From Pirellulales bacterium (GTDB taxonomy: Bacteria; Planctomycetota; Planctomycetia; Pirellulales; PALSA-1355), in contig CAVTBU010000008.1 in NCBI GenBank assembly GCA_963733035.1, forward strand, positions 456,424-520,423: a stretch of DNA of 64,000 nucleotides, given 5' to 3'. This document shows, in pieces, positions 20,503-30,696 of this stretch. The position numbers and the translations under genes are program-made. The notes beneath the pieces were generated by a model, which ran no database searches, was not told where the DNA came from, and saw only the letters and a list, made by a program, of their open reading frames with translations. Position 1 is the first letter of the stretch; every line of letters starts with the position of its first letter.

Positions 20503-22267
20503 TGGGTGCGTTTCCTGATTCAAGCGTTGACGTATCGCCTTCCGGCAAACCCAGCTCGCGGGCCTTGAGCAAGCGCCGCATGATCTTGCCGCTACGTGTT
20601 CGCGGGAGCGTTTCGACGAATTCGATTTCCTTGGGTGCGATCGCCGCGCCGAGACGCACCCTGGCAAAACCCAACAGCTCACGTCGCAGTTCGTCGGACG
20701 GTTCGTAGCCGTCATGCAGCGAAAGGAACGCCTTGATCACTTCCCCAGCCACCGGATCGGGTTTGCCGATCACGCCCGCTTCGGCAACAGACGGATGTTC
20801 AAGGAACGTGCTCTCGACTTCAAAGGGTCCCACCAGGTGACCCGAAGTCTTGATCACGTCGTCCTTTCGACCCACGAACCAGAAGTAGCCGTCTTGGTCG
20901 CGGCGCGCCAGGTCGCCGGTCAGGTAGTAGCCGCCGACAAAACACTTCTGGTATCGCTCGGGCGCATTCCAATAGGCGCGAAACATGGACGGCCAGCCGG
21001 GCCGTAGCGCCAACTCTCCCTCAACATTGGGTTCGACGACTTCCTCGACTCCGCCACCGTCGCGCGTTCTGACAATGGCGGCCTCGATGCCCGGCAACGG
21101 TCGTCCCATTGAACCGGGGCGAATCTCCATGCTGGCGTAGTTGGCCACCATGATCCCGCCCGTCTCGGTTTGCCACCAGTTATCGTGAAACGGCAAGCCG
21201 AGCGCTTCGCGCCCCCAGACGACCGCCTCGGGATTCAGAGGCTCGCCGACGCTCGCCAGAAACCGCAAAGTCGAGAGATCATAGTTCTGCGCAACGTCGG
21301 CACCCACTTTCATGAGCATGCGAATTGCCGTGGGCGCGGTATACCACACCGTTACATGCTGGTCCTGTAAGAGCCGATACCAGCGATCCGCATCGAAGTC
21401 CGCTTCGTCGACGATGCTCGTCACGCCGTTTGTCAGAGGGGCGATGATGCCATATGAAGTGCCGGTAACCCAGCCAGGGTCAGCAGTACACCAGAAAATG
21501 TCATCCGGATGCAGATCAAGCGCCAACCTGCCGGTCGTATGGTGTGCGACGACCGCCTGGTGGACATGAACCGCGCCCTTGGGCGTGCCCGTCGTGCCGC
21601 TGGTAAAGTGGAGCAGGGCGGGCAATTCCGGATCGGTGGGCTCAATGGCGTATTGCATGTCCGCCGAGTCCATCAGGCTGCGGTAGTCGTGAGTGCCGGG
21701 AATGGCCGTCGGCTGCTCGCCGATTACGATCACGTGCTCCAACGTCGGTAGCCGGTTTCGCAATTTGGCCACCTTGCGTTTGTAAAGCGACTCAGTGGTC
21801 ACCAGCACCTTGGCCTCGCCGATCGACAGTCGGGCTTGGATTGGCTCCGGACCAAACGCCGAGAAAAGCAGTGACAGGATGCTGCGGTTCTTCCAGGTTC
21901 CGAGCGCCGCCACATACAGCTCAGGCACGCGTCCTAGAAGCAGATAGACCCGGTCGCCCGAAGCAACTCCGAGTTGCGACAAAACGTTGGCGAACTGATT
22001 CGACAGTTGGGCGAGGTCGCAAAACGTGAAGTCGCGGGTTGCACTACCTTTGCTGACCCAACGAATCGCCACCTTATCACGCAACGGACCGGCTGCGTGG
22101 CGGTCTATCGCTTCATAGGCAATGTTCAGCCCGTGTCCACCCGGGAGTCCATCGAGCTGCCGGGCGGCTTCCTTCCAGGAGAATTCCTTGCACGCCTCGT
22201 CATAGTCAACCAAGTTCGGGGTAACTTTCCGATCCCTTGCCGATTTATCGATAACGGCCCACGTCAT
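20495..22267 (-). CDS. acsA: Acetate--CoA ligase (short Bacillus AcsA-like type)
   Basis: [42 protein letters not shown]. Confidence 0.92.
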   Translation of the reverse strand: MTWAVIDKSARDRKVTPNLVDYDEACKEFSWKEAARQLDGLPGGHGLNIAYEAIDRHAAGPLRDKVAIRWVSKGSATRDFTFCDLAQLSNQFANVLSQLGVASGDRVYLLLGRVPELYVAALGTWKNRSILSLLFSAFGPEPIQARLSIGEAKVLVTTESLYKRKVAKLRNRLPTLEHVIVIGEQPTAIPGTHDYRSLMDSADMQYAIEPTDPELPALLHFTSGTTGTPKGAVHVHQAVVAHHTTGRLALDLHPDDIFWCTADPGWVTGTSYGIIAPLTNGVTSIVDEADFDADRWYRLLQDQHVTVWYTAPTAIRMLMKVGADVAQNYDLSTLRFLASVGEPLNPEAVVWGREALGLPFHDNWWQTETGGIMVANYASMEIRPGSMGRPLPGIEAAIVRTRDGGGVEEVVEPNVEGELALRPGWPSMFRAYWNAPERYQKCFVGGYYLTGDLARRDQDGYFWFVGRKDDVIKTSGHLVGPFEVESTFLEHPSVAEAGVIGKPDPVAGEVIKAFLSLHDGYEPSDELRRELLGFARVRLGAAIAPKEIEFVETLPRTRSGKIMRRLLKARELGLPEGDTSTLESGNAPNG

Positions 22268-22320
22268 CTTGCGACCTCGCAGTGACTAAGCATTCGAAGG
22301 TTGGCGTCGGAAACGAGTTC

Positions 22321-22335
22321 GCACATTCCATGCCA
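22321..22335 (-). promoter_or_regulatory. Putative sigma54 (-24/-12) promoter of the acsA-pdh-ACP operon
   Basis: Minus strand TGGCATGGAATGTGC (GG-N10-GC), about 54 bp upstream of the acsA start. Confidence 0.55.
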
Positions 22336-22608
22336 TCTCGTTCCGATAACCGCGACGTCTGACTTTCGCGAGACACCATGCCAAACGGGGGCAGCTCGGT
22401 CACTTCCCGGAAAGAATCTCAAACCAAAAGAATTGGGAAGCCGCTTCGTGCGAACAAACGCCTTGCCGCCAAAGACGTGCGATTTCGCTCGCGGAGCGTG
22501 CCGGAAAGCACGGCAATTGGTAAACGCCCAATCTTGGGCGGTGCCTGTATGCGAAACCCAGGGAACCGAAATCCATGCAGTTACGGTCGATCAGCGGCGC
22601 GGCCGGGG

Positions 22609-23415
22609 TCAGCGATCGAAGTTGTATTGCGGATTCTTGGGATCGAAGTCTTCATCGGTCAGACCTACGTTGAGACGGATGCAGGAATAGGTGTATTCCT
22701 CGACGAGCACGCAACCCTCGCCTGGCTTCTCGGGCCATGCATATCCTTCGTAGCGAATCGGCAAGTGCAGTTCATCGTCAACGTACACTCTGGCCATCGC
22801 GAATTGGTGTTGGGGGTTCCGTACCGGGTGAGACACCTGGACGCACCAAGTGGAGCGGCCATCGACCTTCGCTCCTTTGAACCACTTCACGTCGCAGGGA
22901 CCGTCGACTTGCCGGTCGCGTTTGGCTCGTTCAATGAGCTTGGATGCCAGGTGCTTGAAGCCGATCATTGTAACCGGATAACGCTGGCCACGCATTGCAA
23001 TCAAACCGTCCGGCGCCAGCGAAACCGTGCCGATAATTTCGCCCACGCCGTGAGGATCATGGGCCAATAACATGCCGTCGTTTCGACCCTCGACGTAAAT
23101 CAACTCACGACCTGCCAAGTAGGACGGTTTGAGAAACTTGAGATAGACGCTGAATGGCTCGTTGCGAATCTTGAGTTGCAAGTATTGGTAGTCTTGCAAG
23201 CGGTCGCCAACACGCTCTCGTTTCGTCAGCGTGGCGGTGTAATCTTCGATCTTTTCGGCCTGTTTGAATGTTTCTTGTGCCCAGCGAATCACGGCATCGA
23301 GTGGATGGGCTTTCTCGGCAGTCGGTTCGGCGGCCGCCGCAACGACGCACGGCAAACAAACAAGCAGCACGGCCACGCCTGAGAAGGCGCCGGCGAAGTG
23401 ATTCGAATTGCTCAT
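22609..23415 (-). CDS. DUF1571 secreted protein
   Basis: DYTATLTKRER, PFSVYLKF, GRELIYVEGRNDG, LVEEYTY..LNVGLTDEDFDPKNPQY; AGGAGG RBS before the ATG at 23415. Confidence 0.88.
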   Translation of the reverse strand: MSNSNHFAGAFSGVAVLLVCLPCVVAAAAEPTAEKAHPLDAVIRWAQETFKQAEKIEDYTATLTKRERVGDRLQDYQYLQLKIRNEPFSVYLKFLKPSYLAGRELIYVEGRNDGMLLAHDPHGVGEIIGTVSLAPDGLIAMRGQRYPVTMIGFKHLASKLIERAKRDRQVDGPCDVKWFKGAKVDGRSTWCVQVSHPVRNPQHQFAMARVYVDDELHLPIRYEGYAWPEKPGEGCVLVEEYTYSCIRLNVGLTDEDFDPKNPQYNFDR

Positions 23416-24009
23416 GAGAATACTCCTCCTTGACGCTCGCCTTTGGTCAGCGAGATTTGTCGTTGAGAATCGTCGCGCGAGCCAAGCCCGCGCCTGATTC
23501 CCGCTCCATAGTCCATCCGTGAAGACCCGCCACATCAGGGGCGGAATATTATTGGTTGGAAGGCATCATAACAGGCCGCAGCCGGCAGATCCGCCAGAAA
23601 CCTCACCTGAGCGGCATCGCGTAGCTGCCGTGTACCTGCCGATCTCCGATGCGGTGACGTATTCACTCTGTCTGCTAGCTTAGGCGCCTTGCATGTGATT
23701 TCATCTCGCGATCTCAGAAGAAGGTTCGGAAACGTCATCCAACCGCGCTGATGGGGGCGACGTCGGGCCTGGCAAGAAGCAAAAGACGTACCGCCGCCAA
23801 CCGAGTTGCTTTCGCGCGTGATCGTCGCAGTGACTTCATGAGCAATCCCTCCTCATGGCCGCGTCGGATCGGCGAACTGCCTGCGGTGCCTGGCGGCACC
23901 AGCATTGCATTTTCACAACCCGAGAGTACGGGCTCATCGGCGATGACGACCGTCTCTGCCAGGAATGACTAGCTTGTCCGGCATTCCGAGCAATCATTTA
24001 CCCAAATGC

Positions 24010-24038
24010 TTGACGTTCAATTGTTCTGTTTTCATAAT
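24010..24038 (+). promoter_or_regulatory. sigma70-type promoter of the ROK/catabolic operon
   Basis: TTGACG-17 bp-CATAAT, about 45 bp upstream of the ROK start. Confidence 0.65.
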
Positions 24039-24082
24039 CTTCGAGACTCCGGACTCTCCCGCTCAAGAATCCGAGCAACCGC

Positions 24083-25308
24083 ATGCATCCTCGACCGCGT
24101 GAAACCAAGCTGGCCGCCAAGAAAAACGGAATTCTCAACGAGGTTTTCCGGCGCGGAAGCTGCTTGCGGTTCGATTTGGCGCGACGCTTGAATATCAACG
24201 CCACGATGGTCGGCCACTATGTAGAAGCCCTGGTAGCCGACGGGCTGTTGGTGGAAGGCGATCCGGCTGCGGCACCACGTGGGCGGGCGCCGCTGCACAC
24301 CAACCCCCGGCACGGCTGCTTTCTGGGGCTGGACTTCGAGGCACTGCGGGCGCGAGCCGTCTTGTGTGATTTTGCCGGCGAGGCGTTGCAGCAAAAAGAG
24401 GTCCAGTTCCGCTCCGGTATTTCGCGCGAGAGCGTGCTCAAGCAAGTCGTGGCCCTGGCCCAGCGGCTGGCCGAAAGGGCAGATCGGCCGCTGTTGTCGG
24501 TTGGTGTCGCCGCACCGGGACAGGTCGACTGCGCCAGTGGAAGAGTGCTGCACTATCGCTTGCTTCCCGACTTCGACCAGGTACCGGTGCGTGACCGCTT
24601 CGAAGCGGTGTTCGGCCCCAAGGTATTCGTCGAGGACAATATCCGCGCGGTGGCCTACGGCGAACTTCTGCGCGGCAGCGGGCAGGGAAACGAAAACTTT
24701 CTCTGCCTGGCCATTCGATCGGGAGTGGGCCTGGGAATCGTAATCGACGGCAATCTCTACTCCGGCACGAATTCGATGGCCGGGGAGGCGGGGTACTTTG
24801 TCTTTCCCACAGCCGAAGGTCCGCAGTTCGCCACGGATCTCGTTTCGGTGAAAGGTTTCGTTGCCTCGACGCTCAAGCTGATCAGATCGCGACAGTCTAC
24901 CGAGGCCCGCCGGCTGCTAGTGGCTAAAGGCGACGACCTGATGCTTGCCGAAGTTGTGGAGGCGGCCGAGGCAGGGGATCGCTTGTTGCGGCAACGCCTT
25001 GAGCAACTCGGCACGCACTTGGGCATGCTCGCCGCGAATCTGGCCAACCTGTTCGCCCCGGAAAAGATCGTGCTGACCGGCGAAGTGCCGAACTGCTCGC
25101 CGTTGGTGCGCCAGCGGATGGAGCGCGCGTTTCGCCAATTCACGCTACCGACGATCCTCACCACGGCCTACTTGGAAGACGGCAGCCTCGGGGGTTTCGC
25201 CGGCGCGCTGGCGCGGCCTGGTTGGGCTTTGCCAAGACGTTTCCCGCGGACGAGGAGGTGTTGATTCGGCAAGCGAACGAAAAACAGCAGGCCAAACAAG
25301 CTGGATGA
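24083..25308 (+). CDS. ROK-family transcriptional regulator; frameshift near 25210, corrected stop at 25308
   Basis: N-terminal HTH (RFDLARRLNINATMV), GVAAPG, VEDNIRA, GVGLG, AGEAG; shifted frame gives GAL-GAAWLGF. Confidence 0.85.
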
Positions 25309-25354
25309 GCACGAAACTCAAACCAATGCACGGCCGGCGAACGAGGGCAATGTC

Positions 25355-26017
25355 ATGAACTTGTTTCTAGATAGCGCGAAGGTTGACGAAATCCGGCACG
25401 CGCTCGAAATGTGGGACGTGGATGGCCTCACGACGAATCCGCGGCACATTCAAGCTGCTGGCAAACCGTTCCGCCGCGCGATTGCTGAAATCGCCGAACT
25501 ATTTGCCGGCACGAATAAGCCGGTCAGCGTCGAAGTGAATCCGCATCTGACCGACTGGCGCAAGATCGTCGCCGAAGGCGTTGAGTTGAGCAAGATCTCC
25601 ACGAACTTTGTGGTCAAAGTCGGGGCCAGCGAGAGCGGCTTTAAAGCTATCCGCGAACTGACCGCTCAGGGAATTCGCGTCAACGCGACGCTAATCTTTA
25701 CCGTCGCACAGGCATGGCACGCGGCCCGGGCTGGTGCGGCGTATATCAGCCCGTTTGTTGGCTGGAAGGAACAATACGGCGACGCTCCCGACACGCTGAT
25801 TCCCGATCTGCGGATGATGCTGGACGCCCACGGTTACGAAGCCCAGATCATCGCCGCGGCCATCCGCAACAGCCGACAAATCGCCGACGCCGCGACTGCC
25901 GGAGCGCACTGCGTAACCGCCAGACTGGCCGTCTATCAAGAGAGCTTCGCCAATCCTTACACCACCATGGGCGAGAAGATCTTTCAGAGCGCCTGGGACG
26001 CCACGCCAGAAAAGTAA
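25355..26017 (+). CDS. Transaldolase, sulfofructose-transaldolase (SqvA/SftT)-like
   Basis: FLDSA, TTNPRHI (R30), Schiff-base K88, SPFVGWKE (W137), AAIRN (R171). Confidence 0.8.
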   Translation: MNLFLDSAKVDEIRHALEMWDVDGLTTNPRHIQAAGKPFRRAIAEIAELFAGTNKPVSVEVNPHLTDWRKIVAEGVELSKISTNFVVKVGASESGFKAIRELTAQGIRVNATLIFTVAQAWHAARAGAAYISPFVGWKEQYGDAPDTLIPDLRMMLDAHGYEAQIIAAAIRNSRQIADAATAGAHCVTARLAVYQESFANPYTTMGEKIFQSAWDATPEK

Positions 26018-26072
26018 GTGAGCGGTTCGAAACGCGTCGGTTGTGAACTCGTCATTCAAAGGGAGACACGAA

Positions 26073-27551
26073 ATGAAAGCACACGACTTCTCACGACGCG
26101 AGTTCATCAAGACCAGCGCGGCGGCCGGGGCAGCTGCCAGTTTCCTCGAAGCACCGTCGCCAGCGCGGGCCGCCGATGCGAACCAGCGGCTGCGAATCGG
26201 CGTGATCGGCGCGGGGAACCGTGGTTTCAACACGCTCACCAAGACTCTGGTCCGACTGCGAGGTATGGGGCGAAATATCGATCTGGTGGCAGTCGCTGAC
26301 GTGTACAGCGTGCATCGCCAGCGGTTTGTCGACTTCGTCAAGGAGAAGACCAGCGTGACGCCGAGCACGTTCATTGACTATCGCGAGCTGCTGCAGGACA
26401 AGCGCGTCGATGCCGTCGCCATCGCCACACCCGATCATTGGCATGCCAAACAGACGCTCGACGCACTGGCCGCCGGCAAACCCGTCTACTGCGAAAAGCC
26501 GATGACGCACACCGTCGACGAGGCCAAGCGAGTCGTCGCGGCATGGAAATCGAGCGGACTCGCGATGCAGGTCGGCGTGCAATCGACCAGCTTGCCGGTC
26601 TGGGACATGGCCCGCGAGATGATCGATGCCGGCAAGCTCGGCAAAGTCGTGCAGTTTCAAACGGAGTGTGCCCGCAACGGCACGTTCGGCATGTCGCGGC
26701 ACAACGTGATCACCAAGGAAATGACGCCCGAAACGGTCGACTTTCGACGCTTCCTGGGAGTCGAGGAAGGATTGGCTCCGGAAATGCCGTTCGATCGGGC
26801 GACGTTCGGACAATGGCGCTGTTACTGGCCGTTCGGCTACGGCATGTACTCCGACCTGTTCGTACACCGCGTGACTGGCATGCTGAAGGCGACTGGATTG
26901 CGAATGCCGGGCCGCGTCGTCGGCGGCGGGGGAATCTTTCTCGAATACGACGATCGCGAAGTGGCCGACGTGGCCTCGATCATCGCCGACTTCCGCGAGG
27001 GGGTGCAGGGGCTGGTTAGCAGCACGATGGTCAGCGAGGAACTGAAGTTGGACCATCTCATCCGTGGCCACTACGGACTCTTGCGCTTCGACAAGAATTG
27101 TACCGGCGACAGCGGCAAGGGAACGTTCGAGTTCATCCCAGAACGGCCGCAAGTGACACTCGACAGCAAACTGACCCGCGAGAACTTCGAAGCCAAGGCG
27201 GAACACAATATCGTTACCACACACATGGGCAACTGGCTCGACGCGATCGACGCGGGCAAGCCCGCCATGGTCAACAATGATCCGGAACTGGCTGCCGCGG
27301 CCGTGACGCTGGTGAACCTGGCGGTCCGCAGCTATCGCGAAGGCAAAGTGTTTCATGTCGACGCCAGCGGCAACGTCAGCGACGGCAACGGCAGTTGGGC
27401 CGCCGGTTGGGAAAAAATGTCGAAGGAGAGGGCCAAGCCGCATCACGTGCCCGGCTGGGCGGCCGGTGATACCGGCAGCGTGTTGCGTCCGCCCGACTAT
27501 CAAAAACTTGCCGGCCCGTGGATCGATGGGAAACCGCCCGAGGCGTCATGA
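26073..27551 (+). CDS. Tat-exported Gfo/Idh/MocA oxidoreductase
   Basis: SRREFIK Tat motif, GVIGAGNRG, ATPDHWH, YCEKP. Confidence 0.88.
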   Translation: MKAHDFSRREFIKTSAAAGAAASFLEAPSPARAADANQRLRIGVIGAGNRGFNTLTKTLVRLRGMGRNIDLVAVADVYSVHRQRFVDFVKEKTSVTPSTFIDYRELLQDKRVDAVAIATPDHWHAKQTLDALAAGKPVYCEKPMTHTVDEAKRVVAAWKSSGLAMQVGVQSTSLPVWDMAREMIDAGKLGKVVQFQTECARNGTFGMSRHNVITKEMTPETVDFRRFLGVEEGLAPEMPFDRATFGQWRCYWPFGYGMYSDLFVHRVTGMLKATGLRMPGRVVGGGGIFLEYDDREVADVASIIADFREGVQGLVSSTMVSEELKLDHLIRGHYGLLRFDKNCTGDSGKGTFEFIPERPQVTLDSKLTRENFEAKAEHNIVTTHMGNWLDAIDAGKPAMVNNDPELAAAAVTLVNLAVRSYREGKVFHVDASGNVSDGNGSWAAGWEKMSKERAKPHHVPGWAAGDTGSVLRPPDYQKLAGPWIDGKPPEAS

Positions 27552-27620
27552 CGCGGAGTGCGGTTGGTCTGCGCTTCGTGGCTGGAGAATCGTCACTTGT
27601 AACCTGTTGCATACTGAGAA

Positions 27621-28856
27621 ATGGATATCAACGCCAACTTGACGGCCGAACGTCCCACTTTTGTCACGCACCTCGAGTGCGGTCTGAAACAGGACCGCTA
27701 CGAGCCGGATTGTCTGCAGGGTCTGTCAAAAGCCAATAGGCCCCTATTGGTGAAGTATGACTTGGACGCGCTCCGAGGTGCCGTGACCAAAAGTGAGTTG
27801 GCCTCGCGCCCGCCCGATCTGTGGCGGTATCGCGAGTTTCTGCCGCTTCGGCGTGCCGAGAACATCGTCAGTCTGGGCGAATGCCACACCCCGCTCATTC
27901 CACTGACGAAACTGAAGGCCGGCAGCGGGGAGCTATTCATCAAGGACGAAGGGCGACTTCCGACCGGCTCGTTCAAGGCCCGCGGTCTGTGCATGGCCGT
28001 TTCGATGCACAAGGAGTTGGGCGTCAAGAAGATCGCCATGCCCACCAACGGGAACGCCGGCGCGGCCCTGGCCGCCTACGCCACCCGCGCAGGCATCGAA
28101 AGCCATGTCTTCTGCCCGGAAGACACGCCAGAGATCAACGTCCGCGAAATCGCAGCCCAGGGGGCGAAGGTGTGGCGGGTCAACGGTCTGATTAATGACT
28201 GCGGCCGCATCGTCGGCCAGGGCAAGGAAACCATGGGCTGGTTCGACTTCTCGACGCTCAAGGAGCCGTATCGCATCGAAGGCAAAAAGACGATGGGTTT
28301 GGAACTGGCTGATCAATTCGGTTGGAACGTGCCAGACGTGATCTTTTATCCGACCGGCGGCGGCACTGGCTTAATCGGCATGTGGAAAGCGTTCGCCGAA
28401 TTGAAGGAGATCGGCTGGCAAACGGGCAAGTTGCCCCGTATGGTGGCCGTACAAGCGAGCGGCTGCGCGCCGATCGTCAAGGCCTACAACGAGGAGAGCG
28501 AGCACGCCGAGTTGTGGCAAAACGCACACACGGTCGCGGCGGGAATTCGCGTGCCGGTAGCGGTCGGCGACTTTCTCATTTTGCGTGCGGTGCGCGAGAG
28601 TGGCGGCTTTGCGACGGCGGTCGACGATGAAGCCATTCTGGCCGCCCGCGACGAAGTCGCCCAGCGCGAAGGCTTTTTGATGTGTCCCGAAGGAGCGGCA
28701 ACCTACGCAGCCTACAAGCAGGAACTCGCGAGCGGCCGCATCAGTCCCTCCGAGACGGCTGTTTTGTTCAATTGCGCGAGCGGTTTGAAATACGAACTGC
28801 CCCCCATGCCCCGGACGCTCGATTGCACACGGCCAGTTGACTACACGCAACTTTAA
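27621..28856 (+). CDS. Threonine-synthase-like PLP enzyme (fold type II)
   Basis: KDEGRLPTGSFKARG, PTNGNAG, EGKKTMG, YPTGGGTG, PEGAA. Confidence 0.85.
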   Translation: MDINANLTAERPTFVTHLECGLKQDRYEPDCLQGLSKANRPLLVKYDLDALRGAVTKSELASRPPDLWRYREFLPLRRAENIVSLGECHTPLIPLTKLKAGSGELFIKDEGRLPTGSFKARGLCMAVSMHKELGVKKIAMPTNGNAGAALAAYATRAGIESHVFCPEDTPEINVREIAAQGAKVWRVNGLINDCGRIVGQGKETMGWFDFSTLKEPYRIEGKKTMGLELADQFGWNVPDVIFYPTGGGTGLIGMWKAFAELKEIGWQTGKLPRMVAVQASGCAPIVKAYNEESEHAELWQNAHTVAAGIRVPVAVGDFLILRAVRESGGFATAVDDEAILAARDEVAQREGFLMCPEGAATYAAYKQELASGRISPSETAVLFNCASGLKYELPPMPRTLDCTRPVDYTQL

Positions 28857-28874
28857 AAAGACCCGCGAAAGGTT

Positions 28875-29636
28875 TTGATGTACGTACCACGAATCCACAG
28901 GTTGCTGTTGGTATTAGCGATGTTGCCGAACATCGCGGCGGCTGCCGAGGCGGCGTTTCCGGGCCAGCGTAGCGAGGAACAATTGCGGCGAGACGGTTTC
29001 ACGCCGCTGTTTGCTGGCAAGTCGCTCGACGCCTGGGACGTGAAACCCTGGCACGAAGGTCACTGGGTCGCGCACGATGGCGTGATCGACTACGACGGTA
29101 AGTCCGCAAACAAGCGTGGGCAGGACGCCTCTCTGTGGACCAGGCAGGACTTCGGTGACTGCGAGCTGTATGTCGAATGGCGATTGCCGGCCGAACCGGA
29201 AATGAAACCGCACCCCATCGTGCTCTACAACGGCGACTTCCTGATGCAGGAGGACCACCCGAGTCAGCGTGAGACGAGGATGCGGCGCGACGCCGGCGAC
29301 AGTGGTCTGTACTTTCGCGGCAGCACGAAGTGCCAGGCCAACATCTGGAGCCAAGAGCTCGGCTCCGGCGAGATCAACGGATACCGCACCGATAAGGGCA
29401 TGCCGCCCGAGGTCCGCCGCGCGTGCATTCCAATCAAGCAGGCCGATCGGCCGTTGGGCGAGTGGAATGCGTTTCTGATTACGCTGCGCGGAGACGGTAT
29501 GACCACCATGCTCAATGGCGAAACGGTGATCAACGTTCCTCATCTTCCCGGTTTGCCCGAGCGTGGTCCCATCGCCCTGCAGCACCATGGCGACCCGGCG
29601 CAGTTTCGACGGATTTGGATCAAGGAGCTGGATTGA
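28875..29636 (+). CDS. DUF1080 (3-keto-glycoside hydrolase/hydratase family) secreted protein
   Basis: Signal peptide, GFTPLF.GKSL, DSGLYFRG, GEWN, GPIALQHHG..FRRIWIKEL. Confidence 0.88.
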   Translation: MMYVPRIHRLLLVLAMLPNIAAAAEAAFPGQRSEEQLRRDGFTPLFAGKSLDAWDVKPWHEGHWVAHDGVIDYDGKSANKRGQDASLWTRQDFGDCELYVEWRLPAEPEMKPHPIVLYNGDFLMQEDHPSQRETRMRRDAGDSGLYFRGSTKCQANIWSQELGSGEINGYRTDKGMPPEVRRACIPIKQADRPLGEWNAFLITLRGDGMTTMLNGETVINVPHLPGLPERGPIALQHHGDPAQFRRIWIKELD

Positions 29637-29637
29637 A

Positions 29638-30696
29638 ATGACGGCAGCGGCGATTCGATTCGGCCTGATAGGTTTTGGGGCGTGGGGCAAGTGCCACGCC
29701 GAGGCCATCAAGAACACGACCGGCGCGGAATTGGTGGCGATTGCCGCCAAGTCGGAGGCGACCTGCGCCGCGGCGCGCGAGGCGTTTCCAGCGGCGGCGG
29801 TTTGCTCGGACTATCACCAGCTTCTAAGTCTTCAAAATGTGGACATCGTCGATATCGTGCTGCCGAGTTTCCTGCACCACGAGGTGGCCTCGGCGGCCCT
29901 CGAAGCCGGCAAGCACCTGCTGCTTGAAAAGCCAATGTGCCTGTCGGTTGAAGAGTGCGACGACTTGATTCGCCTCGCCAAGCGTAGCGAGCGGCTCGTG
30001 GCCGTCGGGCACGAGCTGCGCTTGTCGTCATTGTGGAGCAGGGTGAAACAAATGATTGACGAGGGGTACGTCGGCCGGCCGCAGTACGCGCTGGTCGAGT
30101 TGTCGCGCAAGCCGTACCGCCTCGGTGCCGACGGGTGGCGGTATGACATCGGTCGCGTGGGGAACTGGATCCTCGAAGAACCGATTCATTTTTTCGACCT
30201 GGCACGCTGGTACCTCGCTTCGGCCGGCGATCCGGTTTCGATTTATGCCGCCGCCAATTCGCGGCAGCCTGACCACCCTGAACTGCAGGACAACTTCAGC
30301 GCGATCGTGACGTTCGCTGGTGGCGCGTATGCCGTGGTTTCGCAGTCGCTGTCAATGTTCGAACACCATCAGACGGTCAAGGTGGCCGGTACCGAGGGAT
30401 CGCTGTGGGCCAGCTGGAGCGGCGCGATGGATCGCACGCGACACCCCACGTTTTCGTTGAAGGGCTCCAATGGGGATCAGGTTCACGAAATTCCAATTGA
30501 GAAGATCACCGGCGAAGTGTTCGAGCTGGAAGACCAGATGGCGATGCTGGTCAGTGCGATCCGCGATCACAGGCCGCTTGCGACGAGCGGCGAAGACGGC
30601 AGATGGTCCGTCGCCATGTGTGTTGCGGCCGAGCGTTCCGTCGAAACAGGGCAGCCCGTCTTGACGAGTGAAATGACCAAGGAACCTGTGGAATGA
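29638..30696 (+). CDS. Cytoplasmic Gfo/Idh/MocA oxidoreductase
   Basis: GLIGFGAWG, GKHLLLEKP, VGHELR, EEPIHFFD. Confidence 0.88.
   Translation: MTAAAIRFGLIGFGAWGKCHAEAIKNTTGAELVAIAAKSEATCAAAREAFPAAAVCSDYHQLLSLQNVDIVDIVLPSFLHHEVASAALEAGKHLLLEKPMCLSVEECDDLIRLAKRSERLVAVGHELRLSSLWSRVKQMIDEGYVGRPQYALVELSRKPYRLGADGWRYDIGRVGNWILEEPIHFFDLARWYLASAGDPVSIYAAANSRQPDHPELQDNFSAIVTFAGGAYAVVSQSLSMFEHHQTVKVAGTEGSLWASWSGAMDRTRHPTFSLKGSNGDQVHEIPIEKITGEVFELEDQMAMLVSAIRDHRPLATSGEDGRWSVAMCVAAERSVETGQPVLTSEMTKEPVE

Noticed and set aside
23535..23839. Two coupled short minus-strand ORFs (34 aa with GAGGAGG RBS, then 67 aa)
   Set aside because: No recognisable motif or family-like composition; cannot support them as genes.
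26091..27503. Long antisense ORF (470 aa) and similar shadow ORFs such as 7534-8685, 11723-12781 and 38669-39676
   Set aside because: They mirror well-supported genes on the opposite strand, as expected in high-GC DNA, and have no motifs.
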